A DNA stretch of 64,000 nucleotides from Bacteroidia bacterium (lineage in GTDB: Bacteria > Bacteroidota > Bacteroidia > NS11-12g > UBA955): assembly GCA_044368575.1 (NCBI GenBank), contig JBIPPH010000005.1, positions 5,930 through 69,929 of the forward strand, written 5' to 3'. Positions 55,144-64,000 of the stretch are shown here, in pieces. The notes beneath the pieces were generated by a model, which was given only the letters and a program-made list of their open reading frames with translations, did no database searches and was not told where the DNA came from. The position numbers and the translations under genes were made by a program. The first letter of the stretch is position 1; every line of letters begins with the position of its first letter.

Positions 55144-56463
55144 TTAGTTCAAAATGAATTTAGTTGAAGCAGAGAAACTACCTGCAGTCATAGTGCAAGA
55201 ATATACACCTGAAGACATACCTGAAGTTGGAACTGCTACATCAAAGTTACCAGCACTGTAGTCACCTGAAATGGTTTTAACCAATTTACCAGTAACATCA
55301 TAAACTGAAATCACAACTGTTTCGTTGTTCTTCAATTGAACTGGAACAAATACTTCATTAGCACTTCTGCTTGGGTTAGGGTAAACATTACCTAAAGCAT
55401 TGCCGTTAGCATCACTGTTTTTAATACTTAGCGTGTTAGTAGTTAAGTGGTAATCAGTACCATCGAAAATGGTATTGGTGAAAACAGTACCTGGCAAGTA
55501 AGATTTCCAAATACTAATAGTTTGACCATAAACCAATTGGAAGTTAGTGATTACAGCGTTATTTTGAGCAGTTTGAACTGAGTTGTCAACAGTAACACCA
55601 GATTTGCTGTACAATCTTACACCGTAAAGGTTGTATTTTTTGTTCCAAGTTGAACCATTGTAGGCAATACCAGTATCACCCAATGAAGGCTTTTTCATCG
55701 GTTTAAAAGTGATGGTGTGGCCAATCAACATTGAATTTGGACTTGCATCATTAGCAGTGATAGTTGCACCAACTGAAGCTTGTATGTTTCTACCGAAGAA
55801 AGAGGTTTGAGCACCGTTTAAGCTGATACTATCAGCAAATTGTTTAGTTAAGAAGATGGTATCAGTTTTGAAAGCAGCTGAGTTTAATCTTGTTTTAGGA
55901 TTGTAATTAGCAATTTTAGGACAAGAATAGTAGTAAGATTTATTAGGGTCGGTTTGGTAGAAATAAGCTTTGTTATCTAAACCATCTGGTTTAAAGTACT
56001 GAATGAATACTGTATCAACAATAGCTACATTTTGGTTACCAACTTTCATTGAATCAGCAAATCTTACATAGAATTGAGTGAAACGGATAGAATCCCAAGT
56101 ATAAGAATTGAATTTTGAAAAACGAGCAGGGTTGTTTTCAAACACCTCATCTCTCGCATCATTGATTCTACCTAATACGTGGAAACCAGTTTTGAATTTG
56201 CTACCATCATCGTATACAGTGTACAAATTGGTGTCAGGTTGAATAAAGTAAACTGAACTGGCTAAACCAGAACCGTTGAAATCATTGTAAGCATTAGCAT
56301 AATCAAACCAACCTGTTCCAATGTCTCTTTTAGAAGAAGTTTTTTGATTGTCATTTTTAACCACAATTTTAAACTGTGGGTAATTGTGATTGATTTTTTC
56401 TTGCACTTGAGCTTGTACTGATAAGAGGCTCAATCCAAGAATACTGAGTAGAATTCTTTTCAT
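55144..56463 (-). CDS. secreted protein with a T9SS type-A C-terminal sorting domain, otherwise unknown
   Basis: Signal peptide MKRILLSILGLSLLSVQAQ (ATG at 56463 preferred over the TTG at 56499). The C-terminal roughly 80 aa are VYPNPS...VISVYDVTGKLV...GVYSCTMTAGSFSASTKFILN. Confidence 0.75.
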   Translation of the reverse strand: MKRILLSILGLSLLSVQAQVQEKINHNYPQFKIVVKNDNQKTSSKRDIGTGWFDYANAYNDFNGSGLASSVYFIQPDTNLYTVYDDGSKFKTGFHVLGRINDARDEVFENNPARFSKFNSYTWDSIRFTQFYVRFADSMKVGNQNVAIVDTVFIQYFKPDGLDNKAYFYQTDPNKSYYYSCPKIANYNPKTRLNSAAFKTDTIFLTKQFADSISLNGAQTSFFGRNIQASVGATITANDASPNSMLIGHTITFKPMKKPSLGDTGIAYNGSTWNKKYNLYGVRLYSKSGVTVDNSVQTAQNNAVITNFQLVYGQTISIWKSYLPGTVFTNTIFDGTDYHLTTNTLSIKNSDANGNALGNVYPNPSRSANEVFVPVQLKNNETVVISVYDVTGKLVKTISGDYSAGNFDVAVPTSGMSSGVYSCTMTAGSFSASTKFILN

Positions 56464-56586
56464 AACGTGTTGTTTATTACTTTTGAGTTTAGACGCCAAA
56501 ATTAATACGAATGCTGCAGTAAAGGAAAAAATTTAACAGAAAAATAAAAATTAATTCATAAAACACTGTTTGTCAATCAATTAATA

Positions 56587-57273
56587 TTAAATATCACCAA
56601 GCATAGGGCGCAGCGTAATTTGTTCCATCACCATGCTAGAGCGGTTTTCCCACGCCATAAAGATTGCACTTGAAATGGCTTCTGTCTTTATGAATCTAGA
56701 AACTGGCAATTCAGTCCCTTGCCATGAATCTGTTAGCGTTGGCCCAGGCAATACCGCTGAAACTGCAATGCCTTGACTCATTAATTCTGCCCTTAACACC
56801 CTTGTAAAACCTAGAAGCGCATGTTTACTAATACAATAGGAAGAGCCGTTGGCGTATGCTTTTTCACTTGCAGTTGAACAGATATTGAAAACATATCCTC
56901 CTTTGGCTAAATTGGGTATTAGCCTTTTGGTTAAATAATAGCTCGCATTTAAATTCAAGGCCATTTGCAATTCAAAATCCTCATCGCTTTCTTGAGCAAT
57001 AGCACCAGGCAGAAACACGCCTGCATTATTGATTAATACATCAATACTTTCAATTTGTTGAAGTATGATTTGAGCTGTGTCTAAAACCACTTGTTTTTGA
57101 CTCAAATCAGCCATTAAAACAGTTAAATTTTGACCATATTGATCTTGCAATGGTGATAATTGGCCTGTAGATCTTGAAATTGACAATACCTTAAACCCTT
57201 GATGTAAAAATCTTTCAACAAGGGCTAAGCCTATACCTTTTGAACCTCCTGTAATAACAGCTGTTTTTTGCAT
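56587..57273 (-). CDS. short-chain dehydrogenase/reductase (SDR) family oxidoreductase
   Basis: TGGSKGIGLAL cofactor motif, NNAG, and the catalytic YCISKHAL (YxxxK). ATG at 57273 (MQKTAVITGG) preferred. The track extension to 57420 overlaps divergent mlaE. Confidence 0.85.
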   Translation of the reverse strand: MQKTAVITGGSKGIGLALVERFLHQGFKVLSISRSTGQLSPLQDQYGQNLTVLMADLSQKQVVLDTAQIILQQIESIDVLINNAGVFLPGAIAQESDEDFELQMALNLNASYYLTKRLIPNLAKGGYVFNICSTASEKAYANGSSYCISKHALLGFTRVLRAELMSQGIAVSAVLPGPTLTDSWQGTELPVSRFIKTEAISSAIFMAWENRSSMVMEQITLRPMLGDI

Positions 57274-57387
57274 GTTCAAACTTAATCTTTTAAATGCGCT
57301 TTTGCAAACTGTATTGTGGACAAAGCCTTTATATTTCATTGATATCCAAAACAATTTATAATTATCTTTACGGCCATCAAATAAAGT

Positions 57388-58131
57388 ATGGGGCATAATT
57401 ACTTTTACTACTTCGGTCACTACTTGTTATTCTTAAAGAGTATGGTCTCGAAGCCTGAAAAAACAAGTATTTTTTTCAAACGAATACTTGATGAAATGTA
57501 CAAAATTGGTGTAGGCTCCCTCCCTATTGTAGCCATTACCTCTTTGTTCATCGGTGCGGTAACTACTGTTCAAACAGCCTATCAGTTAGTTAGCGGATTC
57601 ATCTCTAAAACTGTTATTGGCACTATTGTTTCAGATAGTACCATGTTGGAATTAGGCCCTACCATTACTTGTTTGGTGCTATCTGGCAAAGTGGGCGCTC
57701 ATATTGCATCTGAAATTGGCAATATGCGCATCAGCGAACAAATAGATGCCTTAGAAGTGATGGGAATAAATGCTTCAGGATACTTAGCCTTGCCCAAAAT
57801 TTTAGCAGGTCTAGTAATGATACCCATGTTGAACTTCATCGCTATAACCCTCAGTATTTATGGTGGTTATATGGCTGGAGAGTGGTCTGGAATTCTAACG
57901 CATCAAGAATTTGTAACTGGCGCAAGAGACACCTTCAAAGGCTTTACCGTTTTTTTTAGTACTACCAAAGCCTTTACATTTGCTTTCATCATTACCTCAA
58001 TTAGTAGCTATCAAGGTTATTACACTACAGGCGGCGCTTTAGGAGTTGGGGAATCAAGTACTAGAGCAGTTGTATACAGTTCTGTTATGGTTCTGTTTTT
58101 TGATTACATTTTAGCTGAAATCTTATTATAG
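57388..58131 (+). CDS. mlaE: MlaE-family ABC transporter permease
   Basis: 247 aa with about 5 TM helices. The motif MRISEQIDALEVMGI is characteristic of MlaE/TTG2B permeases. Confidence 0.85.
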   Translation: MGHNYFYYFGHYLLFLKSMVSKPEKTSIFFKRILDEMYKIGVGSLPIVAITSLFIGAVTTVQTAYQLVSGFISKTVIGTIVSDSTMLELGPTITCLVLSGKVGAHIASEIGNMRISEQIDALEVMGINASGYLALPKILAGLVMIPMLNFIAITLSIYGGYMAGEWSGILTHQEFVTGARDTFKGFTVFFSTTKAFTFAFIITSISSYQGYYTTGGALGVGESSTRAVVYSSVMVLFFDYILAEILL

Positions 58132-58132
58132 T

Positions 58133-58870
58133 ATGATCGAATTGATTCACGTAGATAAAAGTTTTGAAGGTAGACAAGTCCTTTTTGATGTCAATACGGT
58201 CTTCCAAAGTGGCAAAAACAATTTGATTATTGGTGCAAGTGGTGGTGGCAAAAGTGTGCTTATGAAATGTATGGTTGGCCTTGAAAAGCCAGAAAATGGT
58301 CAAATACAATTTGATGGCAGAGATTTATTGGCCTTGGAAGATCAAGCTCTCAGAGATGTTAGAAGAGAAATTGGTATGTTGTTTCAAGGAACTGCTTTGT
58401 TTGACTCATTAACAGTCGAAGAAAATATTGCTTTCCCGTTGCAGATGTTCAGTAAAATGACTGCTGAAGAACGCCGTGATCGAGTGAATTTTTGCTTGAA
58501 GCGTGTAAACCTTGAGAATGTCAACAAAAAATACCCTGACGAAATCAGTGGTGGTATGAAAAAACGTGTTGGAATAGCGCGTGCCATTGCATTAGATATA
58601 AAATATCTATTTTGCGACGAACCCAATAGCGGCCTAGACCCTATTACCTCTCGTTTGATTGACGAACTATTAGACGAAATCACAAAAGAATACAATATTA
58701 CCAATGTGATTAACAGTCACGACATGAAAACAGTATTTGATATTGGAGACCACATTGTCTTTTTATACAAAGGTCAAAAATGGTGGGAAGGGTCTAAACA
58801 CGATATCCAACATGCTCGTCAAAATATTCCAGAATTCGATAAATTTATTCAAGCCAGTTATTTTCAATAA
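58133..58870 (+). CDS. mlaF: MlaF-like ABC transporter ATP-binding protein
   Basis: Walker A GASGGGKS, signature ISGGMKKRVGIARA, Walker B LFCDEPNSGLDP. 1-nt gap after mlaE. Confidence 0.85.
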   Translation: MIELIHVDKSFEGRQVLFDVNTVFQSGKNNLIIGASGGGKSVLMKCMVGLEKPENGQIQFDGRDLLALEDQALRDVRREIGMLFQGTALFDSLTVEENIAFPLQMFSKMTAEERRDRVNFCLKRVNLENVNKKYPDEISGGMKKRVGIARAIALDIKYLFCDEPNSGLDPITSRLIDELLDEITKEYNITNVINSHDMKTVFDIGDHIVFLYKGQKWWEGSKHDIQHARQNIPEFDKFIQASYFQ

Positions 58871-58873
58871 ACC

Positions 58874-60991
58874 ATGAAACGCTTCCGTATATATTCCCTT
58901 TTTGCCTGCTTTGTGCTGATTTTATCTGCCCACAAAAAAGAAGAAGGCATGTTCCCTCTCAGCCACCTAAAAAAAGTTGATTTAAAATCTGCAGGATTTA
59001 AAATCAATGAGAAAGACATTTACAATCCTGATGGCATAGCCCTTACTGATGCTTTGGTTAGATTGGGTGGTTGTACAGGTTCTTTTGTGTCTGCAGAAGG
59101 CCTCATTGTTACCAATCACCATTGTGTATTCGGTGCCGTTGCTGGCTTAAGCACAAAAGAAAATGATTACCTAGAGAATGGCTTTTATGCGGCCAATAGA
59201 ACTCAAGAATTAAGAACCAGTTTAACTTGTAAGATCACTAAAAGTTATGAAGATGTTAGTTTGAAAGTACTTGATGGCATTAACCTCGATATGGATCCTA
59301 TAAAGAAAAAAGAACAAATCAAACTCAATATAGACGCCTTATTAGCTATTGAAAAAGCCAAATACCCTGACCTAAGTATAGAAATCAGTGAAATGTTTGT
59401 TGGCTACAGTTACACATTGTTTAGATACCAAGTCCTAAAAGATGTTCGCCTAGTATATGTACCACCTAGAACAATTGGTGAATTTGGCGGTGAAACCGAT
59501 AATTGGGAATGGCCAAAACACACAGGTGATTTTAGTTTTGTTAGAGCCTATATTGGCAAAAATGGCCAAGCAGCTGAATACAGTGCAGACAATGTTCCAT
59601 TTGTCCCTAAAAAACATTTAACCATTAACCCTAAAGGCACCAAAAACAATGATTTGGTGTTTATCTTAGGCTATCCTGGCACTACCTACAGACAAGAGCC
59701 TTACCAATTCATACAATACCAACAAGAGTATGTCTTACCTTTTGTTAGCAATTGGTATGGTTGGAAAATCAACCTTATGGAAGAATTGGGCGCAACCGAT
59801 AGAAACCGCTACCTGAAAATGGCAGGCAACATCAAACAATTGGCCAACACCAAAAAGAATTTTGAAGGTAAATTGTATGGACTAAGTACTACAGGATTAT
59901 TAGATATCAAAAAAGAAGAACAGAACAGTTTGAAAACTAATATGGCCGGCAAACAAGTCAACACTTCCCTGTTCAACACCATTGATAGTTTATACCAAAT
60001 CAAGCTCAACAATGCTACCATTGATTTATGGTTTAATTTATTTAACAGAGAGGCCAATAGCATGATTCAAGCCCTCAAAATTGCCAAAGTTAAAACGCTC
60101 AAAAAAGCGCCCAATGCCAACGACACCGTTTTCTGGAAAACCTGGCGCAAGGCCATCATTACCAACGGATCTGGTAACCCTGAGGACAGTGAATTACAGC
60201 AAAAAATTTTAGCCGAGTTGATCAAACGTACTCGGCAATTACCAAAACAAAAAGGCATCAAATACTTGTACAAGATCAAAGACCCAATGGCTTGGGTAAA
60301 ACAAGCCTATGAGGCCAGTATCATTACCAAACCACAATTCAATAAAGACGTTCAAAACAACCCTTCTGCTATTTATAATGCAAAAGATCCTCTGATGTTA
60401 TTGGCTTATGAATTAGCGCCATTGCTAAAACAAATCGAGGACCGAAGCAACAGTATTAATGCTCAAATCAGTAATTGTATGCCGGCCTTGTTAGAAGCTA
60501 AAATCAAATACACACAAAAAGCATTTATACCTGATGCTAATAGTACTTTACGCTTCACTTATGGCTATATCAGTGCATACAAAACAGGCCTTAATAAACA
60601 TCCTTTCCCATACACCAATCGCCAAGAGATTTTCGAAAAAAATGCTACTGACAATACTGACTACAGATTATCTGCTCCAGTAAAATCTTTGTTGTTAACT
60701 CAAAACATTGACCCCATTTTATTAGATCCTGAAACTGGTGAATTATTAGTTTGTATGCTATACAACATGGATACTACAGGCGGAAATAGTGGTAGTCCGG
60801 TAATGGACGCTGAAGGTAATTTAGTTGGGGTTAATTTTGATAGAGCCTATACTGCAACACTTAATGATTACAGTTGGAATCCTGATTACAGTAGAAGCAT
60901 TGCTGTTGATATTCGCTATGTGTTGTTCACTATGAAATATTTGAACCATGCAGATAATTTATTGTCTGAGATGGGCGTAAGCATTAAATGA
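58874..60991 (+). CDS. S46-family dipeptidyl-peptidase (DPP7/DPP11-like)
   Basis: 705 aa. Signal peptide, GGCTGSFVSAEGLIVTNHHC (catalytic His), a helical insert, and C-terminal DTTGGNSGSPV (catalytic Ser). Confidence 0.9.
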   Translation: MKRFRIYSLFACFVLILSAHKKEEGMFPLSHLKKVDLKSAGFKINEKDIYNPDGIALTDALVRLGGCTGSFVSAEGLIVTNHHCVFGAVAGLSTKENDYLENGFYAANRTQELRTSLTCKITKSYEDVSLKVLDGINLDMDPIKKKEQIKLNIDALLAIEKAKYPDLSIEISEMFVGYSYTLFRYQVLKDVRLVYVPPRTIGEFGGETDNWEWPKHTGDFSFVRAYIGKNGQAAEYSADNVPFVPKKHLTINPKGTKNNDLVFILGYPGTTYRQEPYQFIQYQQEYVLPFVSNWYGWKINLMEELGATDRNRYLKMAGNIKQLANTKKNFEGKLYGLSTTGLLDIKKEEQNSLKTNMAGKQVNTSLFNTIDSLYQIKLNNATIDLWFNLFNREANSMIQALKIAKVKTLKKAPNANDTVFWKTWRKAIITNGSGNPEDSELQQKILAELIKRTRQLPKQKGIKYLYKIKDPMAWVKQAYEASIITKPQFNKDVQNNPSAIYNAKDPLMLLAYELAPLLKQIEDRSNSINAQISNCMPALLEAKIKYTQKAFIPDANSTLRFTYGYISAYKTGLNKHPFPYTNRQEIFEKNATDNTDYRLSAPVKSLLLTQNIDPILLDPETGELLVCMLYNMDTTGGNSGSPVMDAEGNLVGVNFDRAYTATLNDYSWNPDYSRSIAVDIRYVLFTMKYLNHADNLLSEMGVSIK

Positions 60992-63900
60992 TAAAAACAA
61001 TTGTATTTGGCCTTAGCACATTGGTGTTAACATGCTATGCTTCTGCGCAAAGTGTGTACAATGAATTTGGTCAAAATACTTGTCAAGAGAAAACTGAAAC
61101 GTATAGTCTCAAACAAGATCAAATTGAAATACTATACCAACTTCATGGCGATCACTTAGCTAAAACAACACTTGATGAAGTACAATCTGTGATTCCTGAA
61201 TTTGAAAACAGATTGAATTACAATTTAAGTAATGGCATAAAAATATTAGTTTTTAATCACTATAATGCCTACCGTCAAAGTCCATTTCACATTACCAATC
61301 CTCAATATTTTGCTGGAGGTTATTCTACCCTCAATGAAAATGTAGCTGCTATTTATTTTGATGGCAATACCCAACTATTTAAATTACAAATCCGAAAAGC
61401 TGTTGCGCAAGTAATGATTAATGAATTCATTTTTGGCGGCAATATTCGAGAACGCATTCAAACGGCTACTTTGTTAACCTTACCAGATTGGTATTACAAA
61501 GGCTTAATGGCCTATTTGGCAGAAAGTTGGAACATAGACAACGACAATCATCTTAAGGACTTTTTCCAAAGCAAAAAAGAGAGACAATTTACCTCATTAC
61601 AGGCGTCTGATGCTATTTTAGCAGGCCATAGCATTTGGCGATACTTAGAAGAAAAAAATGGCCGAGGGGCGGTTAGCAATATTGTGTTTTTAACCAAATT
61701 AGGGCGCAATGTTGAGAATGCATTTATGTATTACACTGGCATGAACATTAACCAATTGCTAAATGATTGGCAGTCATTTTACCAAGACAAATACAAACGA
61801 GATGAATTGGCCTTTAAGTTGCCAAAAGGTCAAGAAAATGCGCCTACTAGTCTTTCAAAAAAACGATTTACTCAATTTAAATTAAGTAATGATGGCCAGT
61901 CAATTGCTATAGTCACCAATCAATTAGGTCGTTATCAAATCATCTTATATAACATCGCTAAGCAAAGTGTAAAGATCATTGCCAGAGGCGGCCAACAACT
62001 CCTCAACAGAAATATTGAATTACAATATCCGCTCATTCAATTTCATCCTCAGAAACAATGCTTGAGTGTAATGTATTTTGAACATGACGAAGCCACCTTA
62101 TACAACTATGACTTAACTGGTCAATTAATTGAACAAAAACCTTTAAAGGGCATCCCCTTTGTTAAAGGCTTTTCATATGATCATTCAGGCGAAAGAATCG
62201 CCCTATCAGTAATACAAAATGGACAATCTGATTTAATGCTCTACCACCTTAAAACCAATCAGATCGAACAATTAAGCAATGATGCCACTGACCAATTAAA
62301 CCCCCGTTTCTCCGCCGATGACCAAAGCATTTTGTTCAACAGCAATCAATACCGTTTGAGCCCGCATAATTCAGCCTATTTAGCCATATTTCAATACCAT
62401 ATATCTACAAAACGCATTGATTACTTAATTGGCCATCAGGATAATTATGCCAATGCAATAGAACCTAATGAAATCAAACCTGGCGTGATCAGTTATTTAA
62501 GTGATCAAAATGGCATCATGAATAATTACGCCTTTGATGTGAAAAGCAATCAATCATACATGCTGACTAATTATAAGCGTTGTATCATCAGCAATGATGT
62601 ATCTGAGAGCGGAAGTCAAGTGGCTGATTTGGTTTTTTACAACAATCGCTACCGAATTTACATCGGTGAAATGTCTTTACAATGGCAATCTGATGTAGTG
62701 AAAGATGCCCCAATTACAGCCTATCGTAAATGGTGTATTCGAGAGTTAGACAGTAGTTTTTTCAAAGACAGTGTCCAAATAGGACTCAGCCAATTACCTC
62801 AAGATACCATATTTAAATCATTAGAACGCTTGTTTATTAGTGGGTTTCCAAATAAAGAATCTAGTTTGTTAAACAACAAATCTAAACCAGTTGTATCTGA
62901 ACCGTTGTTTGGCCAAGCTAAACCGCAATTTGGTGTAGATTACTTTTTACAACAACTGGATAAAAGTATAATTGGCAGTCCACTTTTCCCTAGCAATGTG
63001 ACAGAAAAAGTATTCAATTATCCATTGATTTCACCTCATTTACAGACATCCATCAGCGACATACAAAAAAACAACACTTTAGTGGCAGGTATTCGCATCC
63101 CATTAAGAATAAAAGCTTCAGATTATTATCTTCATTACAGTAATCGCAGTGGTCGTTGGGACAAAGACCTCTATGGCTTCAGAAGAAGCCGTGTTTTTGA
63201 AGTGTATTCAGAAGCTCAAAAAATGGTGAATGCACAAATCAAGGGCAGTATTGCCTACCCTTTTAACGAAAGAAGTCGAATAGGTTTCAATGCTTTTGTC
63301 AGAAATGACAGATTGGGATTTATGGCGGGCGATTCTATTCAATTGCAAAATAAAATCCAAAACAATGTATTTATTGGGCAAGGCATAGAGTACGTTTTTG
63401 ACAATATTAAAAGCAATGGACTTAATTTATTTGAAGGTTTAAGAATAAAATATCAAGCAGACTTTTACAACCAAACGCAAAATCAAAAAAGCATGTTGAA
63501 TCAGCTATTAGATGCTCGATGGTACCATCAAATTCACAGACAGCTCTATTTTGCAAGCAGATTAAGTGGCGCATGGTCAATTGGTCAACAACAAACTGCG
63601 TATTATTTAGGTGGCGTAGAGAATGCCTTAATCAATGTCGATTCTAACAACTTTAATTATAATTTACCATTGTTAAATAAGGCACCATATGCTTTTCAAA
63701 CAATAGTAACACCCGCTAGAGGATTTATTCGCAACACAAGAGCTGGTAACAAATATCTGTTACTTAATATGGAATTGCGCTGGCCGATTTTTGCTTATCT
63801 GAATCAAAAACCCATTGCCAGTGAATTTTTCAGAAGTGTCATGTTAGTTGGCTTTGCTGATATTGGCACAGCATGGCAAGGAAGTTCACCTTACAGTTTG

Positions 63901-64000
63901 AGCAATCCATTCAATACAAAAATTGTTCAAGCACCTTTGTATACGCTAACTGTTAGCACTCAAAGAGATCCATTTCTATATGCCTTAGGATTCGGGCTAA
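60988..64000 (+). CDS. large outer-membrane/periplasmic protein (TolB-like beta-propeller repeats, Omp85-like C-terminal region), partial
   Basis: Not in the track because there is no stop in the window. I translated it by eye from ATG 60988 (which overlaps the S46 stop as ATGA), and the frame stays open to base 64000, at least 1004 codons. Signal peptide MIKTIVFGLSTLVLTCYASAQ. Repeats resemble TolB propeller blades (SNDGQSIAIV, YDHSGERIALSV, FSADDQSILFNS). The late segment NMELRWPIF...VGFADIGTAW resembles a surface-antigen barrel. Confidence 0.55.
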   Translation, partial: MIKTIVFGLSTLVLTCYASAQSVYNEFGQNTCQEKTETYSLKQDQIEILYQLHGDHLAKTTLDEVQSVIPEFENRLNYNLSNGIKILVFNHYNAYRQSPFHITNPQYFAGGYSTLNENVAAIYFDGNTQLFKLQIRKAVAQVMINEFIFGGNIRERIQTATLLTLPDWYYKGLMAYLAESWNIDNDNHLKDFFQSKKERQFTSLQASDAILAGHSIWRYLEEKNGRGAVSNIVFLTKLGRNVENAFMYYTGMNINQLLNDWQSFYQDKYKRDELAFKLPKGQENAPTSLSKKRFTQFKLSNDGQSIAIVTNQLGRYQIILYNIAKQSVKIIARGGQQLLNRNIELQYPLIQFHPQKQCLSVMYFEHDEATLYNYDLTGQLIEQKPLKGIPFVKGFSYDHSGERIALSVIQNGQSDLMLYHLKTNQIEQLSNDATDQLNPRFSADDQSILFNSNQYRLSPHNSAYLAIFQYHISTKRIDYLIGHQDNYANAIEPNEIKPGVISYLSDQNGIMNNYAFDVKSNQSYMLTNYKRCIISNDVSESGSQVADLVFYNNRYRIYIGEMSLQWQSDVVKDAPITAYRKWCIRELDSSFFKDSVQIGLSQLPQDTIFKSLERLFISGFPNKESSLLNNKSKPVVSEPLFGQAKPQFGVDYFLQQLDKSIIGSPLFPSNVTEKVFNYPLISPHLQTSISDIQKNNTLVAGIRIPLRIKASDYYLHYSNRSGRWDKDLYGFRRSRVFEVYSEAQKMVNAQIKGSIAYPFNERSRIGFNAFVRNDRLGFMAGDSIQLQNKIQNNVFIGQGIEYVFDNIKSNGLNLFEGLRIKYQADFYNQTQNQKSMLNQLLDARWYHQIHRQLYFASRLSGAWSIGQQQTAYYLGGVENALINVDSNNFNYNLPLLNKAPYAFQTIVTPARGFIRNTRAGNKYLLLNMELRWPIFAYLNQKPIASEFFRSVMLVGFADIGTAWQGSSPYSLSNPFNTKIVQAPLYTLTVSTQRDPFLYALGFGL

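Noticed and set aside
1-64000. Search for a mobile element, prophage, defence island, toxin-antitoxin pair, rRNA or riboswitch.
   Set aside because: I could recognise no transposase, integrase, recombinase, restriction/modification, Cas, capsid or terminase motifs in any listed or self-translated ORF. The intergenic regions are mostly under 120 nt and too short for known riboswitch classes. The only mobility-like signal is the duplicated tRNA-Arg 3' end, reported separately.

Overview
The window looks like ordinary chromosomal DNA from an AT-rich member of the Bacteroidota. The taxon call is an inference from gene content: T9SS C-terminal sorting domains, a lipoprotein-type Omp85 (TamL-like), split transketolase, an S46 peptidase and TAnnTTTG-type -7 boxes. 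I support about 53 protein-coding genes, tightly packed, many joined by 1-nt TAATG or 4-nt ATGA stop/start overlaps. Most are housekeeping: pheT, valS, rnr, tsaD, purC, phoH, hppA, hmgA, hbd, split tkt and mlaEF. There are two tRNAs, His-GTG and Arg-ACG, and several clear rho-independent terminators. I found no rRNA, CRISPR array, transposase, integrase or recognisable defence island, and I cannot point to a convincing novel multi-gene system. The observations most worth a second look are: (1) an H+-pyrophosphatase with a roughly 112-aa C-terminal extension containing 17 cysteines; (2) a CarH/LitR-like MerR plus B12-binding regulator transcribed divergently from a translationally coupled SDR-photolyase pair, and heading a same-strand gene string that includes a polyprenyl synthase; (3) a secreted vWA protein wedged between the two halves of a split transketolase and coupled to the second half; (4) a 60-bp direct duplication of the tRNA-Arg 3' end plus its terminator, next to a compositionally odd GTGAG-rich tract; (5) two heptanucleotide tandem-repeat arrays in a convergent intergenic region; (6) two unannotated single-TM mini-ORFs behind a Na+-symporter gene. 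All product calls come from motif recognition by eye, with no database search. Several start codons were moved from the longest-ORF track and remain provisional.
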